Made by a program: the position numbers and the translations under genes. A stretch of 64,000 nucleotides of DNA from positions 256,001 through 320,000 of the forward strand of contig CBDBCR010000001.1 of assembly GCA_965203465.1 (NCBI GenBank). Direction: 5' to 3'. This stretch comes from Nitrosopumilaceae archaeon (GTDB lineage: Archaea; Thermoproteota; Nitrososphaeria; Nitrososphaerales; Nitrosopumilaceae). Shown piece after piece: positions 20,562 through 28,694 of the stretch; the stretch's first letter is position 1, and every line of letters begins with the position of its first letter. The notes under the pieces were generated by a model. That model was not told the DNA's origin. It saw nothing but the letters and a program-made list of their open reading frames with translations, and did not search any database.

Positions 20562-21101
20562 GTGGGCGGAACCGAGGTGCTGCGCGAGGACCACAGGCAC
20601 GTGCGGCGGCTGGATTCTGTGATCGTAAAGTGCTACTCTGCCTTGGAATCGGGCGGGGGGGTGACGCTCGAGGACATGCGCCGCATCACGTGGGTGATAT
20701 CCGAGTTCATAGACGCCATACACTATTCGCGCGAGGAAGACTCGCACTTTGCGTGCGTCTCGGCGTACGGCTCTTTGAACGAGCAGGTGCGCAAACTCCT
20801 GATAGAGCACGAGTTCGGGCGCAGGATAGCCTCCAGGCTGTCCGGGTACGTGCGCGAGTGGGGCTCGGGGCGCGGGCCCCTGGAGCCGGTGATCCGGTAC
20901 CTGAGGACGTACCACATCTACTTGGAAGACCACTTGGCCAAGGAGGACAGGTTCTTTGACGAGGCCGAGGGGATCCTGTCCGCAGAAGAGGACGCCGAGC
21001 TCCGCAGGCAGTTCCTGTCCGTGGCCGCCTCCGCGCGGACCGTCTCGGAGATGGTCGCCGAGCTCGAATACCTGGAGGGGCGGCCCTGGTGCCGCGCCTA
21101 A
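20562..21101 (+). CDS. Hemerythrin/HHE cation-binding domain protein
   Basis: LREDH, HYSREE, LIEHEFGR, HLAKED motifs; the real gene is the 3' end of the 925-aa shadow ORF. Confidence 0.85.
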   Translation: MGGTEVLREDHRHVRRLDSVIVKCYSALESGGGVTLEDMRRITWVISEFIDAIHYSREEDSHFACVSAYGSLNEQVRKLLIEHEFGRRIASRLSGYVREWGSGRGPLEPVIRYLRTYHIYLEDHLAKEDRFFDEAEGILSAEEDAELRRQFLSVAASARTVSEMVAELEYLEGRPWCRA

Positions 21102-21133
21102 GATACAAATACGCCGCGCCCGGGGCCTCGGCG

Positions 21134-22090
21134 TTGAGACTTTTTGAGACAGGCAAGGGCGGATTTGAAGAGATCGAAGAGATTGATTTCAAACTAGAGT
21201 CGGAGATCAAACGCACGGTTGTAGACAACTTTGGCGTGTTTTTTCCCGGCTTGGAACTGATCGCGAGCGAGTTCACGATAGGGAACAATCACCTAGACGC
21301 GCTTGCTTTCGACGACGAGAAAAAAACATTCGTTATCATAGAATACAAGAGAAAAGACAACCATGACATAAAAGACCAAGTTTCTATCTACTATGACAAT
21401 TTGCTACAAAGTAAAGCAGAGTGCATTAACGCCTTAAACGAAAAGAGGCACGAGTCTGCGAGACCGGGCGACTTTGTGAAGATGAAAGACATATCGTGGG
21501 ACAAACCGTACCTGATACTAGTCAGGCCAGAATTCTCCAAATCCCAGATCCAAGCATCAAATTCGATGGATCAACGAGTTACTAAACTTTACGAGATTCG
21601 CAAGTATCCAAATCACCTGACTATATCACAAGTCAATGTAGCGGGCAAAGAACAACCTACAAAACGCTCCAAGCGTACAAAAAAGTCTCGCTCTGTTGCA
21701 CGTCCTGTCCATTCTGAAGCTGACTGGCTTGCTGGCAAATGTGGCGGGCCAAAACTCTCACAACAGATCCGTGATCTGTACTTTACTCTAAAGGAATCCT
21801 TGCTTGCTGAGTTCCACTTAGAGCACGTACAGAAGCAGCGATATGCCACATTTGATCTAAATGGTGATAGGGTGTGTCGTGTGGATCTACGCAAAAACGA
21901 ACTACAAATCACATACTCGACCGACAAAACAGATCTCTTGCCGCTCAATGACTTCGTAAAAGCTCATTCTACAAGTGGAATTAAGTATGGAATAGGCCAC
22001 CACCGTTCTTACATATCTACAAAATCCGACGTATCGCGAGCTCTAGAATATGTAGATCTTGTGTGCAAGGACAAGTCTGGCTCATCATAG
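21134..22090 (+). CDS. NucS/DUF91-like PD-(D/E)XK endonuclease with probable DUF5655 C-terminal domain
   Basis: FKLESEIK, SEF, LDALAFD, IIEYKR, Q...Y; C-terminal GIGHH; lower GC than the flanks; TTG start after ACAAATAC. Confidence 0.7.
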   Translation: MRLFETGKGGFEEIEEIDFKLESEIKRTVVDNFGVFFPGLELIASEFTIGNNHLDALAFDDEKKTFVIIEYKRKDNHDIKDQVSIYYDNLLQSKAECINALNEKRHESARPGDFVKMKDISWDKPYLILVRPEFSKSQIQASNSMDQRVTKLYEIRKYPNHLTISQVNVAGKEQPTKRSKRTKKSRSVARPVHSEADWLAGKCGGPKLSQQIRDLYFTLKESLLAEFHLEHVQKQRYATFDLNGDRVCRVDLRKNELQITYSTDKTDLLPLNDFVKAHSTSGIKYGIGHHRSYISTKSDVSRALEYVDLVCKDKSGSS

Positions 22091-22094
22091 ACAT

Positions 22095-22150
22095 CGACCG
22101 GCGCAACGAGAACCAATCCTACACACAGATGGTAAAGTAGTTCAAAAGAG
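22095..22150 (+). pseudogene. 3' remnant of a DUF3800-like gene
   Basis: ctacacacagatggtaaagtagttcaaaagag aligns with the end of 22823-23407 (ctaccagcagatgataaagcggttcaaatgag). Confidence 0.6.
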
Positions 22151-22280
22151 GCCGCGTACCCACATAAACCCAAGGTCAGTCGCCGACATACCGTCGACCC
22201 TAGGGGTTCGAGTACGGGTACCTTGGCTACGGACCGTTAGTATAAGTGCCTATCGAATCTAGCTTATAAAGACGGGAGCG
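22151..22280 (-). ncRNA. Putative structured ncRNA unit with own promoter, copy 1
   Basis: 130-bp repeat; on the minus strand TTTATAAG is followed by a long hairpin GTACCCGTA/TGTGGGTAC, AACCC/GGGTT, AGGGTC/GACCTT. Confidence 0.65.
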
Positions 22281-22294
22281 TGTAGATGCATAAG

Positions 22295-22370
22295 AGTCTA
22301 TGCGTAAACGCGCCGGTTGTGGTTTTCTAGGCACGGATCTGCGAGATTTGTGGGATTACGCATAACCTCT
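22295..22370. repeat. 76-bp dispersed palindromic element, copy A
   Basis: Terminal inverted TATGCGTAA...TTACGCATA; 65 of 76 positions identical, ungapped, to 43616-43691. Confidence 0.75.
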
Positions 22371-22402
22371 ATAGTCTCCGTCTGTTGGGAACCACCCACC
22401 TG

Positions 22403-22557
22403 TTCTAGCGAGCATTGAAAATTTCGCCTTCACGCATCAGGCAGGCGGGGACGAAATCTTCCATGACCGGCAGAATCGGTCAACCTTGGAGGGGCTGGAT
22501 CTCTACTAGGATGTTATTTGTACACCAGACTACGAGTAGATGGAGGATAAAACGAGT
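22403..22557 (+). pseudogene. Possible decayed DUF3800-like gene remnant
   Basis: IENFAFTHQAGGDEIFH resembles VEKFLHQHGYGIGDVVFQ; ends ctacgagtagatg, like ctaccagcagatg, just before repeat copy 2. Confidence 0.4.
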
Positions 22558-22687
22558 GCCGCGTACCCACATACACCCAAGATCATTCGCTGACACACCG
22601 TCGATTCAAGGGGTTCGAGTACGTGTACTCTTAGTACGGACAATCGGTATAACTGCCTACCGAATCCGTCTTATAAACGCGGGAACG
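22558..22687 (-). ncRNA. Putative structured ncRNA unit with own promoter, copy 2
   Basis: Diverged copy of 22151-22280 that retains TTTATAAG, the GAC-GGTNT-GTC hairpin and GGGTACGCGGC. Confidence 0.6.
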
Positions 22688-22822
22688 CGAGAGGAAATTT
22701 ACGACTTGTCACAGCTGCGGTCACACTCTATCGATATGGGGCAGTTGTCAGACTGGGCCCTACACCTAAACCTACATACAAAAAACCAAAACAGTTATAT
22801 TTACACCATATGTCGCACGGAT

Positions 22823-23407
22823 GTGCCGATACTGCTAGTAGGAATGGACGCATCTGGAAATCCCACATCCGGCAACCACAAATTCGTGGCGATCATAATA
22901 GGCACAGAGGAGCGCATTGCTTCCCTAATCCGGCGCTTGGGAAATAGAGCGATCCACATGCACATGATTCGAAGCAAAAAAGAGCAGGATCGCATAATTG
23001 AAGAGCTCTGCTTTGATCACACGGAATGCATTGCTTTCTGTATCCGCCTTGAAAGAAAGCAAATATTCGAAAAACTCTACCGTGGCAAACTAAAGAAGAG
23101 CCGTTATATCCAAAACACGACAATTTTGCGCACATACCATTATCTGGTATGGCGCGACATACGCGACCACGTCGAAAAATTCCTTCACCAACACGGTTAC
23201 GGGATAGGCGATGTGGTTTTTCAATGCGACGGCGACTGTAGGGATTTTGCCAAAGATATGGGGTGGCATCACGAGGCGGCGGGTTCAGCGCACATGTTGG
23301 CAGATATCGTGGCTTGGGCAAATGCTCACGGTAGGGAACCGGCCGGTGCGGTGCGCTTGGACTTGACGGACTCTGTCTACCAGCAGATGATAAAGCGGTT
23401 CAAATGA
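22823..23407 (+). CDS. DUF3800-like RNase H-fold protein
   Basis: N-terminal VGMDASG (D-x-S-G), central FQCD, C-terminal HMLADIVAW; GTG start about 25 nt after TTATATTT. Confidence 0.65.
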   Translation: MPILLVGMDASGNPTSGNHKFVAIIIGTEERIASLIRRLGNRAIHMHMIRSKKEQDRIIEELCFDHTECIAFCIRLERKQIFEKLYRGKLKKSRYIQNTTILRTYHYLVWRDIRDHVEKFLHQHGYGIGDVVFQCDGDCRDFAKDMGWHHEAAGSAHMLADIVAWANAHGREPAGAVRLDLTDSVYQQMIKRFK

Positions 23408-23409
23408 GG

Positions 23410-23540
23410 GCCGCGTACCCACACTAACCCAAGGTCAGTCACCGACAAACCGTCGGCCCAAGGGATTCAGGTACGGGTATCCTTAGATACGACTAGCTAG
23501 TATAACTGCCTATCGCCTCTGGCTTATAAAGACGGGAGCG
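23410..23540 (-). ncRNA. Putative structured ncRNA unit with own promoter, copy 3
   Basis: 131-bp copy starting 3 nt after the DUF3800-like stop codon; TTTATAAG, TACCCGTAC/GTGTGGGTA stem, CCGAC-GGTTT-GTCGG hairpin. Confidence 0.65.
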
Positions 23541-23599
23541 AATTGGCGGCCGACCGGCCATTCAAAAGCTCTTTAACCCCTGCCCCGGGCGGCGCCTCC

Positions 23600-24112
23600 G
23601 TGGGCTTCATACTGTGGATGACAGGCCTGCCCTGCTCGGGCAAGACCACCATACTGCGCAAGATGCAGGAGAGCGTGCCCAACTTGGCCATGCTCGACGG
23701 CGACGAGCTGCGCGAGTGGCTCTCGCCCAAGGACTTTAGCAAGGCCGGCAGGGACGAGCACAACGTAAAGGTGGCACACCTCGCCAAACTCCTGCACAAG
23801 CACGGGGTGCCGGTGGGCGTCTCGCTCGTCAGCCCCTACCGCGAAAACCGCTCCAGCGCGCGCCGCATAGCCGACGCGGGGGAACGGTTCCTCGAAGTGT
23901 ACGTAAAGTGCGCGCTAGAGACCTGCGAGGGGCGCGACGTAAAGGGCATGTACAAAAAGGCCCGGGCCGGCGAGATCAAAAACTTCACCGGCCTCGACGA
24001 CCCCTACGAGGCCCCCGAAAGCCCAGACATCGTGGTCGACACGGGCAGCGAATCGCTCGAAGAGAGCGTCTCAAAGATTACGGGCGACCTCAAGTCCCGC
24101 GGGCTTTTCTGA
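23600..24112 (+). CDS. cysC: Adenylyl-sulfate kinase
   Basis: WMTGLPCSGKTT, LDGDELR, SPY, RDVKGMY, FTGLDDPYEAP. Confidence 0.95.
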   Translation: MGFILWMTGLPCSGKTTILRKMQESVPNLAMLDGDELREWLSPKDFSKAGRDEHNVKVAHLAKLLHKHGVPVGVSLVSPYRENRSSARRIADAGERFLEVYVKCALETCEGRDVKGMYKKARAGEIKNFTGLDDPYEAPESPDIVVDTGSESLEESVSKITGDLKSRGLF

Positions 24113-24899
24113 CCGCCTCGAGCACGGCCCCGTGCACCGCCCCGTTCGTAGCTACCACGCCGTCCCTGTGGAACGTATCGCCGTTGTAGCGCAGCGGCCC
24201 GCCGAGCGCGTCGGTCATGCGGCCGCCCGCCTCGATCAGTATGCAGCAGGAGGCGCACGTGTCCCACTCGCGCATCTTGCCGGTAGTGGCCACGTACAGC
24301 TCTGCCTCGCCGCTGCTTATCCTGCCGACTTTCAGCGAGCTGCCCACCTTGTCTATCCGGACCGCGCCGGTATTTTCCAGCGCGCGCCTGTCCAGCTCTG
24401 CCAGGTGGTTGCGGCTGGCCACGGCCCTGCATTTTTCCGGCCTGGATTCGGAGCTGACCCGTATCCTTTCCCACCCGCCGGCCCTCCGCCGAAAGGCCCC
24501 CCGCCCGGCCTGCGCGGCCCACAGCGTGCCGCCCGCGGGCCAGTATATGGCCCCCGCCTCGGGAGCGCCGCCGCGCGCCAGGCCGGCCATGACGGTGAAC
24601 TCGCCGGTCCTGTCCACAAAGTCGGCGGTGCCGTCGAGCGGGTCTATTATCCACACGCGCTCGCTTTGGCGCCTCGCGCCGCCGTGGTCGCCCTCTTCGG
24701 ACAAGACCGGGTACCCGGTCTTTTCCAGCATATCGGCCATGATCTCGTGGCTCTTTGTGTCGGCCTCCGTTATCGGCGAGCTGTCTACCTTTGTTTTCAC
24801 CTCGAAATCCCCCGAATAGACCTCCATGACGGCCCTGCCGGCCGCCAGCACGGCCTCGACGGCGGCGCCAACCTCCGCGCCGGACGGCTCAGTCCCCAT
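24090..24899 (-). CDS. cysQ: 3'(2'),5'-bisphosphate nucleotidase CysQ
   Basis: SPITEAD, LSEE, WIIDPLDGT, GSSLK, EWDT. Confidence 0.92.
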   Translation of the reverse strand: MGTEPSGAEVGAAVEAVLAAGRAVMEVYSGDFEVKTKVDSSPITEADTKSHEIMADMLEKTGYPVLSEEGDHGGARRQSERVWIIDPLDGTADFVDRTGEFTVMAGLARGGAPEAGAIYWPAGGTLWAAQAGRGAFRRRAGGWERIRVSSESRPEKCRAVASRNHLAELDRRALENTGAVRIDKVGSSLKVGRISSGEAELYVATTGKMREWDTCASCCILIEAGGRMTDALGGPLRYNGDTFHRDGVVATNGAVHGAVLEAVRKARGT

Positions 24900-25107
24900 G
24901 GCCTTCCCTTGCAAGCTCCGGCTTTAGCGACCAGACCACGCCTAGCACCACGAACGGCACCGACATTATCCCGATGATCCCCAGTATCGTGTACAGCTGC
25001 CCCTCCGGGATGTCGGCGTTGAACAGGAACGGCAGCGGGAGCGTGATGACGAACCAGATGGCCCCCATCAGCGCGTACAGCTTTGCCCTGCTCTTGCGCC
25101 CCTGCAC
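24889..25107 (-). CDS. Small two-TM membrane protein
   Basis: Two hydrophobic segments, ending WSLKPEL. Confidence 0.65.
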   Translation of the reverse strand: MQGRKSRAKLYALMGAIWFVITLPLPFLFNADIPEGQLYTILGIIGIMSVPFVVLGVVWSLKPELAREGHGD

Positions 25108-25202
25108 GCCCGGCGCTTCGGCGCGCCCGTATTAATTTGGTACCCGCCCCTAGTGCCGCCAAGGCGGCAAGGTAAAAGTACGGCCCGCCCGCCGCCGGCC
25201 GC

Positions 25203-26294
25203 GTGCCCCCCAGCAACTTCGAGATACTGGGAATAGGCGAGGACGCCACGCCCGCCCAGATACGCGAGGCGTTCCGGCGCCTGGCCCTCGAGCACCACTC
25301 GGACCGCGGCGGCCAGGACGAGCGCTTCAAGGTCATAAAGCAGGCCTACGAGGATCTGAAGCGCGGCAAAAAGTACGCGGCCCAGGGCGCGCAGCCGGGC
25401 ACCGGCATCAGGCCCGGCGAGACCGAGGCGGACGCGCAGAGGCGCAACGCGCAGCTTGCGGCGCGCACCGCCGAGCAGATGGCAGCCGCCGCCGAGTGGA
25501 TATCCGCGCTCGAGAGGGGCGGCTCGCAGGGCACGCGCGTCTTCGGCGTGCCCGAGGCCGGCCAGCTCGAGATAGAGCGCAACAGGGCGGGCACCGTCAT
25601 ACTCAAGGGAAAATACATGGCCGGCTCCATCTCGTGCCGCGGCCCGGTCCACATGCGCGGCTCGGTGACGAGCCCGTCGTGGACAGAGCCGAGCACAATA
25701 CGCGCCGGCGGCGACTTCCGCATGGCAAACCCCGTGGCCAACCGCTACACCATAGACAACGGCGCCCGCGTAATATCCGAGACGGGCGACATCGTGGCCG
25801 GCAACGTCTCGGGCCGCAAGCTGCGCGTGCCCGACCCGCAGGGCAGGGTGGGCGTATCGACTGTGCGCGAGCTGCGCACCGAGCTAAAGGCCCCGGCGGG
25901 CAAGGTCATAGTGGAGAACGCGGTCGGCACCGTGCTGCTCGACGCGGACACGGTCATACTGCTCAACGCCGAGGACGACGTGCGGATACGCGGCAAGCAT
26001 ATCATGGTGTACGGCGGCCGAATAACCTACGACGTGGAGTTTTTCCTGGCCGAGGGGGGCACGATACGGTTCTTCGAAGAGTCGTCGGTCCAGGGCATAA
26101 GCGACGACGCGGTCATACGGCTGGCCGGCGGCAGGTCGGTGCGCCTCTACGACGTAAAGACCAAGAAGGTCAGCGACGTGGACGGCACCGCGGCACCCGG
26201 GCGCACGATGGTCGGCGGCGGCTTCGTGATCACCTACGGGATGCTGGAAGGGCTGGGCGGCAAGCGCGGCCTGTTCGGCCGCTTCAGAAAGTGA
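25203..26294 (+). CDS. DnaJ-domain protein
   Basis: N-terminal J domain (FEILGI...IREAFRRLALEHHSDRGG..ERFKVIKQAYE; HSD variant of HPD) and beta-rich C-terminus. Confidence 0.8.
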   Translation: MPPSNFEILGIGEDATPAQIREAFRRLALEHHSDRGGQDERFKVIKQAYEDLKRGKKYAAQGAQPGTGIRPGETEADAQRRNAQLAARTAEQMAAAAEWISALERGGSQGTRVFGVPEAGQLEIERNRAGTVILKGKYMAGSISCRGPVHMRGSVTSPSWTEPSTIRAGGDFRMANPVANRYTIDNGARVISETGDIVAGNVSGRKLRVPDPQGRVGVSTVRELRTELKAPAGKVIVENAVGTVLLDADTVILLNAEDDVRIRGKHIMVYGGRITYDVEFFLAEGGTIRFFEESSVQGISDDAVIRLAGGRSVRLYDVKTKKVSDVDGTAAPGRTMVGGGFVITYGMLEGLGGKRGLFGRFRK

Positions 26295-26312
26295 AAAAAG
26301 GGTTTTCGGCAG

Positions 26313-26618
26313 CTAGGCGCCGTCGACCAGTTCGGTCCAGCCCTTTTCAAAGACGGAGTTTTTGTACAGGGGGACCGGCTGCCCCACGGTAAAGTCCATG
26401 GGCCTCATCCAGAAGATCGCCTTTGTGGGGCACACGCCGATGCACGCTCCGTCGGAGATGCAGCGCTCTGGGTAAAAGACAAACGCCTTTCCCCTCTTCC
26501 AGCCTTCGACCGGCTTTACCCGGAGGACGTCAGGGCCCAGCGAGGTGCATATCTCCACGCAAAGTGCGCAGCCTATGCACATCTGCTCGCTGATGTCCGG
26601 AATAATTCCAACCGGCAT
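26313..26618 (-). CDS. 4Fe-4S dicluster ferredoxin
   Basis: CIGCALCVEIC and CISDGACIGVCP. Confidence 0.93.
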   Translation of the reverse strand: MPVGIIPDISEQMCIGCALCVEICTSLGPDVLRVKPVEGWKRGKAFVFYPERCISDGACIGVCPTKAIFWMRPMDFTVGQPVPLYKNSVFEKGWTELVDGA

Positions 26619-26664
26619 TGTACCACCCGTGGCCCCGCGGATCTTAATATAACTTGCCGAATAT

Positions 26665-26706
26665 GGCCCCGTATAACGGCGTTTACGGCCCCGTATAACG
26701 GCGTTT
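26665..26706. promoter_or_regulatory. Two 20-bp direct repeats, each with palindrome CCGT-ATA-ACGG, upstream of the ferredoxin TATA box
   Basis: ggccccgtataacggcgttt at 26665-26684 and 26687-26706. Confidence 0.55.
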
Positions 26707-27212
26707 CAGAGGCGCCCGGCCGGGCCGCCCAGTTTCCCCACGCGCCTGGCAGCGTCGACGAAAAAGAGCGCCCCCGGCTCGGGCACGCGCGCCCCGCCGG
26801 GCCGCAGCACCCACGCGCCGCCCGCCTCCCTGGCCACGGCCATCACGAACGCCTCGGCGCCCGACGCGCGCGCCGCGCACGAGAGCAGCGCCGTGTACGA
26901 TTCGGCGTACATGCCCGAGCCGGGCCCCATGGCCAGGCAGAGCCCGTTGAGCGAATCCAAGACCACGGTGCGCCCGCGCGCGGCGGCCTCCACCGCGCGG
27001 GCCAGGGCCTCGCGCAGCCGCCCCGGTTCGGGCAGCTCGGCGCGCCCTTTCAGCACGCCGGCCCGGACGTACCCCGAATACAGCATGTCGATGTCCAGAT
27101 AGTGGGCGCCGGGCCTGCCCGCCACCCTCGAGGCGGCCCACTGCTTTGCGAACGCGTCGTGGCAGAGCAGCACGTTGGCCCCCTTTTCGAACCGGGCAGG
27201 ATTTTTATCCAA
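26706..27212 (-). CDS. Hypothetical protein (degenerate RecA/P-loop-like)
   Basis: YLDIDMLYSGY and VVLDSLNG motifs. Confidence 0.65.
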   Translation of the reverse strand: MDKNPARFEKGANVLLCHDAFAKQWAASRVAGRPGAHYLDIDMLYSGYVRAGVLKGRAELPEPGRLREALARAVEAAARGRTVVLDSLNGLCLAMGPGSGMYAESYTALLSCAARASGAEAFVMAVAREAGGAWVLRPGGARVPEPGALFFVDAARRVGKLGGPAGRL

Positions 27213-27241
27213 CGCCGGCCCCGCGCCCCGCTGTATTATAA

Positions 27242-28363
27242 TTGGACTACAGGGACGACTTTGCGCACGGGGGCCTGACCTACCTCAACAACGCCTCGAC
27301 CTCGCCCATGCCGCACTCGAGCATACGCGCCGTGTCCCGGTTCCTCGAAGAGTACAGCTGCGCAGGACCCGACTCGGAAAAGGCCTCCGGGATGATCGAA
27401 AATCTCTTCGGGTCGGTGCGCTCCAAGATATCCTCGATGATAAACTGCAGGCCCGACGAGCTCGTAATGACGCAGAGCGTCACCGACGGGGTCAACGCGG
27501 TCGCCTCCGGGCTGGGGGCCGGCTCCCGCATAATAGTGCGGGGCATGGAGCACGAGCACCACGCCAACCTGTACCCGTGGATCAGGGCGGGCCAGATCCA
27601 CAGCCTCCCCATAGACGGCGACGGGTTCTTCCAGATGGCAGACCTGGAGCGCGAGGCGGTCCCCGGCACGCGCCTTGTCGCGCTCAGCCACGCGCTGTAC
27701 AACACCGGCGCGATAATGCCCGTGGAGGGGGCCGGCAGGCTGCTTCGCGGCAGGGGCGTGCCGTATTTCGTGGATTCGGCGCAGACGGCCGGCTCGACCG
27801 ACCTGGTCGACGTCGAAAAAATCGGCTGCGACTTTATGGCGTTCAACGGATCAAAGTGGCTGTGCGGCCCCATGGGCACCGGCGTGTTCTACTGCCGTCG
27901 CGGCTCGGCGCGCCTGCTCGAGCCGGTCTCGGTCGGCGGCGACTCTGCAGAGCTGGGCCCCGGCGGGCAGCTGCGCCACAAGGAGATGCCCGACCGCTTC
28001 CAGGCGGGCTTTCGCAACTACGCGGGTTTGGCGGGCCTCGAGGCATCGCTCGACTACGTTTTGCGCGTGGGGCTGGGCCGCGTGCGCTCGCGGGTGTCGC
28101 GGCTCGCCGACATACTGCGCGAGGAGCTGGACAGCTCGCCTGGCATATCGGTGCTCGGGCCCGGCGATCCGGGCGCGCGCACGAGCATAGTGCCGTTCAC
28201 GGTAGAGGGCCGCGAGCCCAAAGACATCGTCTCGGAGCTGCAGAAAAAGCACGGCGTGGTGCTGGCCGTCCGGGAGGCCGGAGACCGCAAGCTGGTGCGC
28301 GCATCGCCGCACATTTTCAACACCGAAGAAGAGATGGTCCGCACCGCGGAGCTGCTGCGCTAG
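27242..28363 (+). CDS. Aminotransferase class V / cysteine desulfurase-like (SufS family)
   Basis: YLNNAS, EHHAN, DSAQTAG, NGSKWLCGPMGTG, RASPHIFNT. Confidence 0.88.
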   Translation: MDYRDDFAHGGLTYLNNASTSPMPHSSIRAVSRFLEEYSCAGPDSEKASGMIENLFGSVRSKISSMINCRPDELVMTQSVTDGVNAVASGLGAGSRIIVRGMEHEHHANLYPWIRAGQIHSLPIDGDGFFQMADLEREAVPGTRLVALSHALYNTGAIMPVEGAGRLLRGRGVPYFVDSAQTAGSTDLVDVEKIGCDFMAFNGSKWLCGPMGTGVFYCRRGSARLLEPVSVGGDSAELGPGGQLRHKEMPDRFQAGFRNYAGLAGLEASLDYVLRVGLGRVRSRVSRLADILREELDSSPGISVLGPGDPGARTSIVPFTVEGREPKDIVSELQKKHGVVLAVREAGDRKLVRASPHIFNTEEEMVRTAELLR

Positions 28364-28611
28364 CCCTGGCCCTCGACTACCATCATGGTCAGCGTGGCGC
28401 GCACGCCCCGTATCCGGCGTATCTTGGCGGTGACGGCCTCGCGCAACAGCTCGGGGCTCTCCGAGCTTATCCGCACCACGATGTCGTAGACGCCGTATAC
28501 CCCCTGTATCTCCAGCTCGACCGGCTCGGACTCGAGGGCCGAGCGTATCTCCGATATTATCCTCTCCTCGGAGCCCAGCTCCGAGTTGACCAGCACGTAC
28601 GATGTGGGCAC
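28360..28611 (-). CDS. Lrp/AsnC ligand-binding domain protein
   Basis: YVLVN.ELG.E, GVYDIVV, KIRRI.GVRATLT. Confidence 0.85.
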   Translation of the reverse strand: MPTSYVLVNSELGSEERIISEIRSALESEPVELEIQGVYGVYDIVVRISSESPELLREAVTAKIRRIRGVRATLTMMVVEGQG

Positions 28612-28694
28612 GGCCCGGGGGCGGGGGCGGAGTTATTTTAACGGTGCGCCGCCCGCCCCGAAATAGGCAAATACGACCGGCCCGGGGGCCACGC

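Noticed and set aside
18324-21101. 925-aa plus-strand ORF
   Set aside because: Shadow frame over tfb and antisense to the antiporter; only the last 179 aa (hemerythrin) look real
22415-22822. N-terminal 136 aa of the 330-aa ORF
   Set aside because: Runs through repeat copy 2; the catalytic motif and a TATA box indicate a start at GTG 22823
22151-23540. Repeats as a CRISPR array or tRNA genes
   Set aside because: Units are about 130 bp, irregularly spaced, each with its own TATA box; no cas genes and no cloverleaf, despite a GGTTCGA motif on the plus strand
23600-28363. cysC/cysQ/sufS-like genes as the sulfur supply for the PAPS-reductase/DGQHR operon
   Set aside because: They are 12 kb or more away, have host-like composition and sit in housekeeping context; no direct link is visible
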